Below, in pieces: positions 39,731 through 49,922 of a DNA stretch of 64,000 nucleotides. The stretch is from Candidatus Aenigmatarchaeota archaeon (GTDB lineage: Archaea > Aenigmatarchaeota > Aenigmatarchaeia > CG10238-14 > SCSR01). Made by a program: the position numbers and the translations under genes. Under the pieces are notes generated by a model that worked only from the letters and a program-made list of their open reading frames with translations, was not told the origin of the DNA and did no database searches. The DNA is taken from positions 1 through 64,000 of the forward strand of contig JAWBWS010000001.1 of the NCBI GenBank assembly GCA_038999725.1. The letters run 5' to 3'. Positions within the stretch are counted from its first letter, which is position 1; every line of letters begins with the position of its first letter.

Positions 39731-41203
39731 ATGCCTGAAAAAATTAAGAAGGAAGAATTGTTAAAAGAGATTGCTGATATAAAGTCTTTGATATCTCATT
39801 TAGAAGATGAGTATAGGAAAGCAAGCATCTCAGAAAAAAATTATCAGGAACTAAGGAAGAAATATTCAGAAAGATTGAAAGAATTAGAAGAGAAGTTGGG
39901 ACTCAAAGAAGAAGAAAAACCAAAGGGTGGTTTTTTAAAAAAGCTATTAGGAGAGAAAGAAGCTAAACCAAAGGTAAAATTAGAGGAAGTTGAAAAACCT
40001 GAAAGAGGAGAGCTTGAAGTTGGAGAAATTGAAGAGATGACACCAGAAGTTATAGAAAGGTTGGCACGGCAAGTAGCTGAAGAATCGGGAGTAACTGCAA
40101 CTGAAACTGAAGTAGAAGAAGAAATACCTGAAAAACCAGAAAGTATGCCATTAATTGAGATAGAAAAATTGAAAGCGATGATTGATGCTATAAGAGAAGC
40201 AAAACATGCTACAGATGAAACCATACACAATATCTCTGAAAGCATAGGTGAGTTGAGGTCGATGATATTTCAAACAGAAGGCTCTTTAAGGGAGACGATA
40301 TTAAAACTAGAGAAGATAGAAGATGAAGTATCCGAAATAAGGCCAAGAGAAATTGAAAAAAAGTTTAGGGAGTTGAACACAACTCTAGAAAAGCAACAAA
40401 TGCTTATTGAAAAATTTGATAGAAAGTCAGAAGATTTGTCAAACAAGATCAATGAAGTTCATAAAATTTTGAAGAGTATTGGTGGAATAGAAAATTTGAT
40501 TAACTTGAACAAAGATATACAAAAGAAAATTAAAGAAATGAAGGAAGCTCTTAAGTATACGGAAAGGCTTGCCCTTAAAACAGAGAAAATCTTCATTGAG
40601 TTGAATAAAAGTTTGGAAGATTTTGTGATTTATAAAGCAAGGCAAGAAAATTTGGATGAAGTGGTAAAAGAGTTAATAAAATCTGTTGATGGAATAAATT
40701 CAAAACTTGAAACTTTTTTAACTAGAAGAGATTTAGAAATGGTCAAAAGCGATATTCTGGTGCTACAAAAACAAATTGAAGAAATCAATAAAGTTTTGCC
40801 AGTTGCTCAAATAAAATTGCCTGAACCGATAACTGCTCTGAGAAAAGAAAGAGAAGATATTTTGCTTTTCTTAGACTCTTTGGAAGAGCAATTAAAAACG
40901 GGCAAAATAAGCATTGGAGAATATGAGGAAGTGAAGAGAAAAAATCTAAGTAAACTTTCGGAAATTGAAAACAAGTTGAAAAAGGAATGGGAAAAAATTG
41001 CAAAGTTGATAGAAAAGGGGGAAATTCCAAAAGAGGAAGAAGTTGTAGAAACTGAAGAAAGAGAAGAGATCCGAGAAGAAGAGCTAAGTTTAGAAGAGGA
41101 AAAACGGCTTTTAAAAGAAGAAGAAATACAGACAGAAGAAAGTGATGAGGGAAGGGAAGAAATGGCCGAAGTTCTTAAAAAGATTAAGGAGAGGGTAAAG
41201 TGA
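39731..41203 (+). CDS. Coiled-coil protein (490 aa) with SHOCT-like helical motifs near both ends and an acidic tail
   Basis: ATG immediately follows the giant's TAA. Glu/Lys/Leu/Ile-rich with heptad-like pattern, no TM. Motifs ASISEKNYQELRKKY and GKISIGEYEEVKRKN. Confidence 0.8.
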   Translation: MPEKIKKEELLKEIADIKSLISHLEDEYRKASISEKNYQELRKKYSERLKELEEKLGLKEEEKPKGGFLKKLLGEKEAKPKVKLEEVEKPERGELEVGEIEEMTPEVIERLARQVAEESGVTATETEVEEEIPEKPESMPLIEIEKLKAMIDAIREAKHATDETIHNISESIGELRSMIFQTEGSLRETILKLEKIEDEVSEIRPREIEKKFRELNTTLEKQQMLIEKFDRKSEDLSNKINEVHKILKSIGGIENLINLNKDIQKKIKEMKEALKYTERLALKTEKIFIELNKSLEDFVIYKARQENLDEVVKELIKSVDGINSKLETFLTRRDLEMVKSDILVLQKQIEEINKVLPVAQIKLPEPITALRKEREDILLFLDSLEEQLKTGKISIGEYEEVKRKNLSKLSEIENKLKKEWEKIAKLIEKGEIPKEEEVVETEEREEIREEELSLEEEKRLLKEEEIQTEESDEGREEMAEVLKKIKERVK

Positions 41204-41955
41204 TTATTGGGGTTATAAGCGCTAAAGGTGGTGTGGGAAAAACTACTGTCGTCTCTAATCTTGGAGCTGTTTTGGTTAAAGAGTTTGGAAAAAAAGTTCT
41301 TGTGGTAGATGGAAATATAACTACACCAACCCTTGGAATTCATCTAGGCATGCTTTCACAAGAGAAAACTATAGATGATGTTTTAGATGGAAATTTAATT
41401 TTTAATCAAGCAATATACATCCATCCATGCGGCTTACACATTGCACCTGCTAGCTTATCTTTGCGCACAAGATACCCTGATGTAGAAAAATTGAAAGAAA
41501 TATTGAGAGGGGTGAAAGAGTCTTATGATGTTATTTTTATTGATGGGGCTGCAGGCATAGGTAGAGAAGTCTTATCTACCATTCAAGCAAGCGATGGTGT
41601 TTTGGTTGTCACAAATCCAGAAATGACTTCTATTGTAGCTGCTATAAAGGCTATAAAAATTTCAAATACACTAAATATACCTGTTCTTGGAATAGTGATT
41701 AACAAAGTTACCAAAGGAAAACATGAATTAAAAATTTCTGATGTGGAAGAGTTGTGTGAAGTGAAAGTGATTTCCACCATACCCTATGATAAAAAGATAC
41801 CTGAAAGTATTAAAAAAATGACTCCAGTTGTTTTACTATATCCAAACTCACCCTCAAGTCTTGCCTTTAAATCTTTAGCAGCTTACATAATTGGAGAAGC
41901 CTATCCTAAGGAAACATTTTGGGATAAATTAAGGAAAATTTTAAGATTGGGTTAA
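41200..41955 (+). CDS. minD: MinD/ParA-family ATPase 1 (251 aa, GTG start)
   Basis: Deviant Walker A KGGVGKTT, IDGAAGIG, VINKV, IPYD, C-terminal amphipathic FWDKLRKILRLG; GTGA overlap with the upstream stop. Confidence 0.9.
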   Translation: MIIGVISAKGGVGKTTVVSNLGAVLVKEFGKKVLVVDGNITTPTLGIHLGMLSQEKTIDDVLDGNLIFNQAIYIHPCGLHIAPASLSLRTRYPDVEKLKEILRGVKESYDVIFIDGAAGIGREVLSTIQASDGVLVVTNPEMTSIVAAIKAIKISNTLNIPVLGIVINKVTKGKHELKISDVEELCEVKVISTIPYDKKIPESIKKMTPVVLLYPNSPSSLAFKSLAAYIIGEAYPKETFWDKLRKILRLG

Positions 41956-42603
41956 ACTTTTGGCTTCTTCTTTTTCTATCAAAATCTCGTGAGAAAGATC
42001 GTGTATTAAGCTAGACAAATCTTCCAACTCTTTCATAAACATAGATTTATTCGAATCGGCCAAACCTTTACCTAGAGAAGAAATTTTATAAATATTTTTA
42101 AATCTACCTTCTAGTCTCTCCAATTTTTCTTTCTTAGCCACATCTACTTTATTTGCTACAAGAAGAAATGGATATCCGTCAAAAAATTTTCTAATATTTT
42201 CAAAATTCTTCAATTGATTCTCTATAGGTTCGGAATTTTCAGAGACATCAAAAAGATAAATAAAATATTTTAAATTCATTTTTTTCAATTCTTGTAAAAT
42301 ATTTGGCTGTCCATCAACAAGATGTGGAAGTTCTATGAATTGAAATTTTTGATCACCAAGAGTTGTTGTGGCAACATTCAAATTTTGGAACGGATGAAGT
42401 GAAGGATAAGATTTCGTTACCATGTTTATGAAAGAAGTTTTTCCACTTCCTTTCATACCTAAAACAACTATAGAGGGTAAGGATTTGAATTCCTTTATCA
42501 ATTTCTCTCTGAACACATAAAATCTCCAGAAGAAAATTGTAATAGAGGCTGCTAAAACTAAAGGGAGAGAGTGAAATATTGGGAAGCTTTCTGGAAGCAA
42601 CAT
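41941..42603 (-). CDS. N-terminally membrane-anchored, degenerate NOG1/Obg-like GTPase (220 aa)
   Basis: Hydrophobic N-terminal helix; G1 GMKGSGKT, G4 NKVD, ISS as G5; YLFDVS...PIENQ resembles the NOG1 G-domain; G2 and G3 are altered. Confidence 0.72.
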   Translation of the reverse strand: MLLPESFPIFHSLPLVLAASITIFFWRFYVFREKLIKEFKSLPSIVVLGMKGSGKTSFINMVTKSYPSLHPFQNLNVATTTLGDQKFQFIELPHLVDGQPNILQELKKMNLKYFIYLFDVSENSEPIENQLKNFENIRKFFDGYPFLLVANKVDVAKKEKLERLEGRFKNIYKISSLGKGLADSNKSMFMKELEDLSSLIHDLSHEILIEKEEAKSLTQS

Positions 42604-42607
42604 TTCA

Positions 42608-43051
42608 TCACTTCATGATAGATAGTAGCTTGTCAATTAATAATATCTCACCATAAATAATTAAGCATAAGCCAAAGAAAAAACTCAAAAATTGAAGGAT
42701 TGTAAATGGGAAATCCACCATAGCTATCGTGAAATTAAAACCCACTCCTATCCAGAATAAATTTTTCTCCAAGAAATCCTTAAAGAGTAAGAAGAGAAAA
42801 AGGAAAGGTAAAACTAAAACAAATGCCCCTGCTACTGGAAAAAAGATTGAATGTTCTTTTGGACAATTCATCTCGGTATAAGTTCCGAGTTCGGAATCAA
42901 GAAGAACTAACTTTATTCCCTTGCACCCCATACCCATGCCCAGAAAAAAATGACCCATCTCATGCATTAACAAAGTGGAAGAACAAATAAGAAGGTTGAA
43001 AAGGGTGACAAAAAGCAGGGGAAGGATTATATATTTTTTGACTTTTTTCAT
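42608..43051 (-). CDS. Small multi-TM HExxH metallopeptidase-like protein (M50-like, 147 aa)
   Basis: HEMGH at the end of a hydrophobic helix, downstream VAG motif and a possible third-ligand Asp (MVD); about four hydrophobic segments. Confidence 0.62.
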   Translation of the reverse strand: MKKVKKYIILPLLFVTLFNLLICSSTLLMHEMGHFFLGMGMGCKGIKLVLLDSELGTYTEMNCPKEHSIFFPVAGAFVLVLPFLFLFLLFKDFLEKNLFWIGVGFNFTIAMVDFPFTILQFLSFFFGLCLIIYGEILLIDKLLSIMK

Positions 43052-43099
43052 AATTCTAATTTCTGTTACAATTAATTAAATCTTCACCAAATTATTATT
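43052..43099. promoter_or_regulatory. Short divergent promoter region (probably leaderless transcripts)
   Basis: 48-bp AT-rich gap between divergent ATGs with central ATTAATTAAA 43071-43080, about 20-30 nt from each start. Confidence 0.4.
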
Positions 43100-46000
43100 A
43101 TGAAAAAATTTGCAGGTTGGTTATTTTTTGTACTTATTTCTTTATTGATAATCTACATCTTAAGAACAAGGCTTACTGGCTTTTTTGTAGGTTTTGGTCC
43201 ACCTGCCGGCGAATTTGAGTGGTGGAATGTATCTTGGAGATACAGGCTTAGGTTAGAAGTGAATTCCACTACATACAACAGAGTTGATTGGCCGATAGAG
43301 TATCATATAAATTTTACCGAGTTATTGCCTTCTGGCACTTTTGATGAAAATTCTATAAGAGTGATAGAATACAGCCCTTCTGGTTCAATTCTATATGAAA
43401 TACCAAGTCAGTTTGAAAAAGACGAAAACTTTGACGCTTCTTCCAATGCAGTAGGAACATTAGTTTTCCTTATGAATGGGACTACACAGGCCAACTCTAA
43501 AAGGATATATTTTGTTTACTATGATACTCAAGAAAATGGACTCAAATCTCCTCCAAATTATCCAATAGGTTTGAGATATAGTTGGGATGGTCGAATTGTT
43601 AATGTTAACAACACTATACTTAAATTCTATTTTGACACAAATAGAGGAGAGAACACTTCTGGAATTTATCATGTAGAAGATATGGGTGGTACTGTTGTTA
43701 TAACAGCAAGTCCTTCAAGTAGAACTGCTGAATATCTTGAATACTCTAATGGTACAACTAACTTAACTTTTGATTTAAGAAACAGCGTGAGTTTTTTTGA
43801 AGGACCAATAAGACTAACTATCAAACAAGTTGGAGATGAGGTAGTTTTTGGGGATCCTGAAGAAAAAACTGGTGAAGCTAGAGTGATTAAGAAATATCAT
43901 ATTTACAATAAGGTAGGAGCTCAAGAATATGGAACTTTCATAAAAATAGTACAAAAAATTGAAAACATAGCAGATTTTGCTATAGAAAGAAGATCTACAC
44001 CAGCAGGAGCTTTAGCTTTTGACCTCGACAGAACACTCTCTTCAGGCTCTATATACACTCTAGACTTCAATTCTTCTGATCCATATTCTTGGGTGTGGGG
44101 CTCGGGATATGGTGGAGAGATAGTTGGTATAATCAACCTTTTAGAAGAGGGAACTTCTAAGTATTTTTCAACAAACAGCACAAGTTATGGAAGAATAGGA
44201 ATCCAGCTTGACACAGAAACTATACCTTCTGGCTCTTACATCAAACAAGACTCTTTGATATATTTTGCTGCTTGGGGTGGAAGTGATGCTGTCTCAGAAT
44301 TTTTAGCAATAAAAGACAGGTTTGTCAATCCTGTCAATATTGTAGAATATTTGCCTGAAGCTTGGTATGTCACAATATCCCCATCTACAAATGCTACAAT
44401 CTACAACAGAAATGAAACTGTTTTAATACTTGGAAATATTTCTCTTGGTGATCCTTACCATTTGATAAAATACATGAATGCGACCTTAGACATGGGTACA
44501 CCCTCACCAGAAGATGATCAAACTATAATTTTGTACGATGATGGGACTCATGGTGATTTAGAAGAAGGAGACATGGTATTCACAAATCTTTTCTATCTAC
44601 CTAATTATGCAACTATTGGTACATGGACGATTAATTTCACAACTTTCACAGAAAATTTTGAATTCTTGAACTCAACAGTCCTTGCTTTCAATGTTACAAA
44701 TGTGTTAAATGTTAGTGTTGTTGTCACAAATAAAAAACCTATGGTCGGCTCAATCGTGATCGCAAACATATACCTAAAAAATTACAGGCAAGACTCTTGG
44801 ATTGCCGGAGCAACTATAAACTGTAGTTTCGATTCAAATGAAGTGATAAATAAGACAGATTACAACAATGGAACTTATTCAGTTAATTTTACTGCTCCCG
44901 CCCAAGAGGGAGAATATATCTTGGAATGCAATGCAACTAAAAATGGAAATTTCGGAAGTGGTACATATACATTCACAGCAGAACCCGCAAACACAAGCAT
45001 GATTATAGCTGTTCAACCTCAAAATCCAATCGTCTCTCATGTAAGTTTGTATGAAAATGACAGCTTTGTGATAGAAGCGAACATGAGCAACATCGGAAAT
45101 GCCACATCCTATTCCACAAACATAACTCTGGAACTTTTGAGTGGATGGTATGCGAATATAACTTTAGAGCAGTGTGGAGATGTGGAAAAGAATAGCTATT
45201 GTTTGAAGGGATTCAACATAACTGTCCCAAATGGTACCTTACCAGGAGATTATTACATAAATATAAGTGCGAGTTGGAAGAATCCTGACCAAACAATCTC
45301 GTCAAACAAAACTGATGTAAGAGTAACAGTTGAATCAAACCCAAAAGTAGATGTTAAGCAAGAAAGGGTTTCTTCTGAATGTGGAGATGGAATTTGGAGC
45401 ATAGTAGGAAATTTCACAATTTTGTCGATAGGAAATGATGCTTTAGAAGGTATTACATTCTCTTGCGTTTCTGGTGAAGTTTGTGAGAATTTTGTGGTTA
45501 AGTTTATACCAGAAAGTATATCTAGCATACCCGTGGGAGCAAATGAAAATGTCTCAATAAATGTTACAATACCCTTAGGCTTTACACCTGGAACTTATGA
45601 GGGAATTGTGAATGTTTCTGCTAGCAATGATGGTTTTGATACTTTTATTCTTGAAGTTCGTGTTCCACCAAAGACCAATGTTTCCATAGTATCAAACATA
45701 TCAAGCTACACTGCAAGCAAAATAACGAAAGAGGATAATGAAACTTTTTATTTCGAGATTAATGCAACAAATATAGGAAATGGAAGTGCAAGATTTGTAA
45801 ATATAAGTGTTTCTCCTCCTCTTGGTTGGCTTGTAATGCCAAGCTTAGAAGAATGTGGAAATCTTATAAAAGATGCTAGTTGCCAGAAAGAGTTCAATGT
45901 AACAATTCCTGGAGCCACGTCACCAGGAAATTATTTAGTAAATATTTCAATAAACTGGACCCAGTCAGACAATTCCATGGGAACAAATAAAACTTCTATA

Positions 46001-48964
46001 ACAGTAGCTGTAACTTCAAATCCTTTGATAAGTGTAAGTGAAGACGAAATTTCTGGTATAGTTCACGATGGTGCTGAAGAAATAGTAGGAAATTTCACCA
46101 TTTTGTCGATAGGAAATGATGCTTTAGAAGGTATTACATTCTCTTGTGTTTCTGGTGAAGTTTGTGAGAATTTTGTGGTTAAGTTTATACCAGAAAGTAT
46201 CTTAATTCTTCCTGAAAACTCAAACCAATCTATTATGGTTAATGTCACTGTACCATTAAATTATCCAAACGGAACTTATGAGGGAATTGTGAATGTTTCT
46301 GCTAGCAATGATGGTTTTGATACTTTTATTCTTGAAGTTCGTGTTCCTGAAAACAGGACATGGGACCTACAACCAGAATATTGTGAACGATCAACACAAC
46401 AACCTGAAGGTGTGGTTTGTGAGGTTAATGTAACAAATAAAGGAAATGTAAAAATAGGTTTTATTGTTCAGCCGGAAGAAGGCAACTATACAAAAGTCAA
46501 TGAAACCAGCTTTGAAGTGGATAGACTGAGTTGGCATGCATTCAAAATAACTTACAATGTTACTGATGTGCCACCTGGAACTTATAATTCAACTTTTGTT
46601 GTAGATGCTGTACAAATAGATGCAAATCCTGACAATAAAACTGTCGTAGTTTCCTTAGTTCCTTATATCCCACCTGTGATAAACATTTCTGTAACTCCAA
46701 ATGAAACGGAGCAAAACATGAGTGTTTTGATTTCTGCAAATGTCACGGATAGGTCAGGAAGTGGAATTGTTTGGACAAAAGTCAATATAACTAGACCAGA
46801 TGGTATTATCGACTCTTTTGACATGTTTCTCTTGGAAACAAGCGGGAACTTAACAAGGTGGGAGATAACCTATCCCAATGGTATAAGCGGAAGCACTCTT
46901 GAAAGAGGAATTTACAATATAACTGTTTATGCAAGAGATAACATAGGTAATGAAGGAAATTCTAATTCTTCTTTTTCGGTTTACATAAAGCTCAACATCT
47001 TGGTGTCCACACTTTCTGATAAATATTATCAGGGAGATACAGGCTCTGTTTATTACAGTGTTAGAGATTTCACAAACAACCCAATCGAAAACTCTACTGT
47101 AAACTTCAGCATAATTGATTCCCAAAGAAATATCACTTACCTTTCTCCAAACTTCCAAACAAATTCTGATGGTACCATAACTCCAATGCCAACTTTTTCT
47201 ATTCCATCAGATGCTCCCTTGGGAAATTATACCCTTATCTCTAATTCAAAATTTTTTGATAAGGTTGCTAACAAGATTGTTGAAAAACAAGTCAATCAAA
47301 CTTTCCAAGTTCTATCAAGAACGGTTACTGTTACCGGTCTATTTGCTGATATAGAGACTGCTATTGTATGGTATCCTGAAAATATAATGAAGTTTGGGAT
47401 TTTGGTTTATAATGGTGAAGGTAAATCTGTTGATCCTACATCCATGAACCTAACAGTTTATGATCCTGCTGGCAATCTATACTTCACTGCCAATTTATCT
47501 CAAATGACCAAGCAAGCAACAGGCTTCTACATTTATCAGTATGCCATGCCTGTTAACACTCCAAGTGGAATGTTTTTAGCTGTTTTAAATTTGAGTCAAA
47601 ATGAATTCCAAACCATGAAGCTCAAAGCTTTTAGAGTTGCTCATGGCGGTCCATATGATGTGAGGATAACTCTTCTTGAAAATGAAGTTGAGCAAGGAAG
47701 CTACTTAGATTTTATTCTTGTGATAGAAAACAAAGGAGAAGTTTCTCAAGATGTTTTTATTCAGTATTGGGTTTCTTCTCAAAATACAACTTACTACACC
47801 ACATCAGAAGCTGTTTACACTCCAGCCTTGACAAATCAAAGTTTTACAAGAAGTGCTTATATTTATTCAAATCAGCCTTTGGGAAATTACTTTTTAAATG
47901 TGAAAGTTACTTATGATACAGTCCAACCACCAATCTTGGCAAATGCAAGCTTTACTGTTATTGCAAGAACTTTAAACATTACTCCACCATCACCAGTTCA
48001 TGTAAGTTATCCTTATCTAACAGGTGCAATTCCCATCCCAACCCCAACTGAAAAAATAATTGCAAGTATTTTCATCTCCCGCTACAATAGTAACATAAGC
48101 TTGACAAGAGGTTTTTCTAGAATTGAAACTGTTATTATTGAGAACAATGGTCAAATTGATTTGGAAAATGTAAGCCTATTCTTGCTTGGGATACCAACAA
48201 GTTGGTTCAATGTGACTCCTGAAAATTACAAGCAACTTGAAAGGGGAAAATCAACACCCTTCTTAATAACATTCTACATCCCCAGAAATATTAATCCTGG
48301 CGAATATCATGCCACATTAGTAGCAACTTCTGGTGTCGTCAGTGACCAAAGAAAAATAACTCTAACAATCTTTCAATCAATGAAAGAGCTTCTGGCCCAA
48401 GAAATGAGTAAGATAGAAGAAGAACTGCAAGAGCTTATAATTGATACTAAAGTTGCAGAAAAAGAGGGAAAAGACGTCTCTGCCATTCTTTTGCTGATAG
48501 ATGGGATAAAAACACAAATGAAGCTTGCAAAGGAAAATATTGAAAATGAAAATTTTGAAGAAGCGCTAAAAAATATAAACACTGCTAGAGATTTGATTTT
48601 AAGAGCTAGGGAAGTGCTTAGTAAGCTTGAGGTTTTGAAGGCCAAGGCAGTTATTCCTTGGTGGCTCATACTACCAATTTTGCTTCCTGTTTTGATTTTT
48701 AGCTTGTATTTCATCTATAGGAGAAGACCAAACATCGTAAGACCCTGGCTGATTCAACTTGAGAGAGTTGTGAATTTGGCTAAAAAGGGAAGGGAAAGCA
48801 AAGAAGAGTTGATAAAGGAGAGGGAAAAATTGGCAAGAATGCTTGAAATTTTGGAGAAAGAGAGGAGGGAAAAAATAATAAGTCATAGTGCTTACGTTGA
48901 GATGAAAAAAGGAATAGAGAAGAAGATAGAGAGAATAGAGAAGAAAATTTTGAGCTTAAAATAG
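43100..48964 (+). CDS. Large membrane-anchored surface protein (1954 aa), multi-Ig, C-terminal helical bundle, TM and cytoplasmic SHOCT-like tail
   Basis: N-terminal signal/TM; WWNVSWRYRLRL (DUF2341-like start); LYDDGTHGDLEEGD acidic motif at 44531; internal 227-aa repeat; TM IPWWLILPILLPVLIFSLYFIY followed by RRR. Confidence 0.85.
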   Translation: MKKFAGWLFFVLISLLIIYILRTRLTGFFVGFGPPAGEFEWWNVSWRYRLRLEVNSTTYNRVDWPIEYHINFTELLPSGTFDENSIRVIEYSPSGSILYEIPSQFEKDENFDASSNAVGTLVFLMNGTTQANSKRIYFVYYDTQENGLKSPPNYPIGLRYSWDGRIVNVNNTILKFYFDTNRGENTSGIYHVEDMGGTVVITASPSSRTAEYLEYSNGTTNLTFDLRNSVSFFEGPIRLTIKQVGDEVVFGDPEEKTGEARVIKKYHIYNKVGAQEYGTFIKIVQKIENIADFAIERRSTPAGALAFDLDRTLSSGSIYTLDFNSSDPYSWVWGSGYGGEIVGIINLLEEGTSKYFSTNSTSYGRIGIQLDTETIPSGSYIKQDSLIYFAAWGGSDAVSEFLAIKDRFVNPVNIVEYLPEAWYVTISPSTNATIYNRNETVLILGNISLGDPYHLIKYMNATLDMGTPSPEDDQTIILYDDGTHGDLEEGDMVFTNLFYLPNYATIGTWTINFTTFTENFEFLNSTVLAFNVTNVLNVSVVVTNKKPMVGSIVIANIYLKNYRQDSWIAGATINCSFDSNEVINKTDYNNGTYSVNFTAPAQEGEYILECNATKNGNFGSGTYTFTAEPANTSMIIAVQPQNPIVSHVSLYENDSFVIEANMSNIGNATSYSTNITLELLSGWYANITLEQCGDVEKNSYCLKGFNITVPNGTLPGDYYINISASWKNPDQTISSNKTDVRVTVESNPKVDVKQERVSSECGDGIWSIVGNFTILSIGNDALEGITFSCVSGEVCENFVVKFIPESISSIPVGANENVSINVTIPLGFTPGTYEGIVNVSASNDGFDTFILEVRVPPKTNVSIVSNISSYTASKITKEDNETFYFEINATNIGNGSARFVNISVSPPLGWLVMPSLEECGNLIKDASCQKEFNVTIPGATSPGNYLVNISINWTQSDNSMGTNKTSITVAVTSNPLISVSEDEISGIVHDGAEEIVGNFTILSIGNDALEGITFSCVSGEVCENFVVKFIPESILILPENSNQSIMVNVTVPLNYPNGTYEGIVNVSASNDGFDTFILEVRVPENRTWDLQPEYCERSTQQPEGVVCEVNVTNKGNVKIGFIVQPEEGNYTKVNETSFEVDRLSWHAFKITYNVTDVPPGTYNSTFVVDAVQIDANPDNKTVVVSLVPYIPPVINISVTPNETEQNMSVLISANVTDRSGSGIVWTKVNITRPDGIIDSFDMFLLETSGNLTRWEITYPNGISGSTLERGIYNITVYARDNIGNEGNSNSSFSVYIKLNILVSTLSDKYYQGDTGSVYYSVRDFTNNPIENSTVNFSIIDSQRNITYLSPNFQTNSDGTITPMPTFSIPSDAPLGNYTLISNSKFFDKVANKIVEKQVNQTFQVLSRTVTVTGLFADIETAIVWYPENIMKFGILVYNGEGKSVDPTSMNLTVYDPAGNLYFTANLSQMTKQATGFYIYQYAMPVNTPSGMFLAVLNLSQNEFQTMKLKAFRVAHGGPYDVRITLLENEVEQGSYLDFILVIENKGEVSQDVFIQYWVSSQNTTYYTTSEAVYTPALTNQSFTRSAYIYSNQPLGNYFLNVKVTYDTVQPPILANASFTVIARTLNITPPSPVHVSYPYLTGAIPIPTPTEKIIASIFISRYNSNISLTRGFSRIETVIIENNGQIDLENVSLFLLGIPTSWFNVTPENYKQLERGKSTPFLITFYIPRNINPGEYHATLVATSGVVSDQRKITLTIFQSMKELLAQEMSKIEEELQELIIDTKVAEKEGKDVSAILLLIDGIKTQMKLAKENIENENFEEALKNINTARDLILRAREVLSKLEVLKAKAVIPWWLILPILLPVLIFSLYFIYRRRPNIVRPWLIQLERVVNLAKKGRESKEELIKEREKLARMLEILEKERREKIISHSAYVEMKKGIEKKIERIEKKILSLK
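45401..46347 (+). repeat. Internal duplication (offset 681 nt) with near-identical tracts
   Basis: 45401..45519 vs 46082..46200 (119 bp, 2 mismatches) and 45590..45666 vs 46271..46347 (77 bp identical). Confidence 0.9.
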
Positions 48965-48971
48965 CTGACTA

Positions 48972-49841
48972 TTATCCAGATGCGTAGACAGTTAGAGTTG
49001 CAACATTGAGGTTGCCACTTGGAATCCCATAGGGAGCGTAAACATTCAAGGTTAAAGTGTGAATATTGCCAGGAGGAAGACTATACTCTTGTATGTATCT
49101 AGAGTTTGCACAAGAAGTAAAACCACTTCTTTTATCGTATTTGTAAATGTAAATTTTTGTGCAGTCATAGTAGGCGGCAACACAGCTTCCGTAGAGCGGA
49201 GCAGTAGCTCGATTTACACTGAAGTAACCCCAATTGACATCTCCACTATCAAGTTGTATGTTACTTGTTGTTGGGGTTCTTGTTTCTACAGTACCATTGT
49301 CAACATCATCTTCTATTGCAAATTGTGCTCCGGTATTGTTGCAATAGCCATTTGTACCGTTACCGAGAAGCCATATATACTCAAAACTTGTGTTCTTGAA
49401 GAAACCCCATGCTACCGGAGAATTCACATTATTTTTTTGTAGGTTTGATATTTCTTCTGTCCAGTTCCACTCTATTCTGCCTGCAAAGAAGAATTTGTTA
49501 TATGTCTCGTTCTTAAGGACTATTACTCCACCTGCTGCATACTCTGTTGCATTGCTCGAACCATAAGGTCTTTTAGTTTCGTCTGTTAAAGTGTCTACAT
49601 AAGCATAGATCTGAGTGACATTCAAAGAGCCGATGTTAATGATGTCTAAAAGCTTGGTACCACCTGTCTGACCGGGCTGCACGTTTGTCCATGAAAGGAC
49701 ACTTGGTACTACAGATATTTGGGCAACAGTTTTTACACTAACATTTATTGTTGCTGTATCATTCACGTTTTCCGCTCTAACGTTTGTTAAAAATGCTAGA
49801 AAAGTTATCAATAGGGATAAGCACAAGGCTTTTTCATTCAT
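48972..49841 (-). CDS. Secreted pilin-like/surface protein A (289 aa)
   Basis: Signal peptide ending VRA, no C-terminal anchor, four Cys, SD-like GGAGAG upstream; paralog of 50185..51075. Pilin call is inferred. Confidence 0.7.
   Translation of the reverse strand: MNEKALCLSLLITFLAFLTNVRAENVNDTATINVSVKTVAQISVVPSVLSWTNVQPGQTGGTKLLDIINIGSLNVTQIYAYVDTLTDETKRPYGSSNATEYAAGGVIVLKNETYNKFFFAGRIEWNWTEEISNLQKNNVNSPVAWGFFKNTSFEYIWLLGNGTNGYCNNTGAQFAIEDDVDNGTVETRTPTTSNIQLDSGDVNWGYFSVNRATAPLYGSCVAAYYDCTKIYIYKYDKRSGFTSCANSRYIQEYSLPPGNIHTLTLNVYAPYGIPSGNLNVATLTVYASG
49088..49364. repeat. 277-bp exact repeat shared by the two pilin-like paralogs (copy 2 at 50301..50577)
   Basis: Identical tract, offset 1213 nt; shorter identical tracts at 49381..49421/50594..50634 and 49453..49491/50666..50704. 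Confidence 0.93.
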
Positions 49842-49922
49842 TCTCTCCTATATATTATTGTTAATCATAGCATTTAAACATTAGTATTAAATATTAATTT
49901 AAAAGAAAAACAATATAATAAT

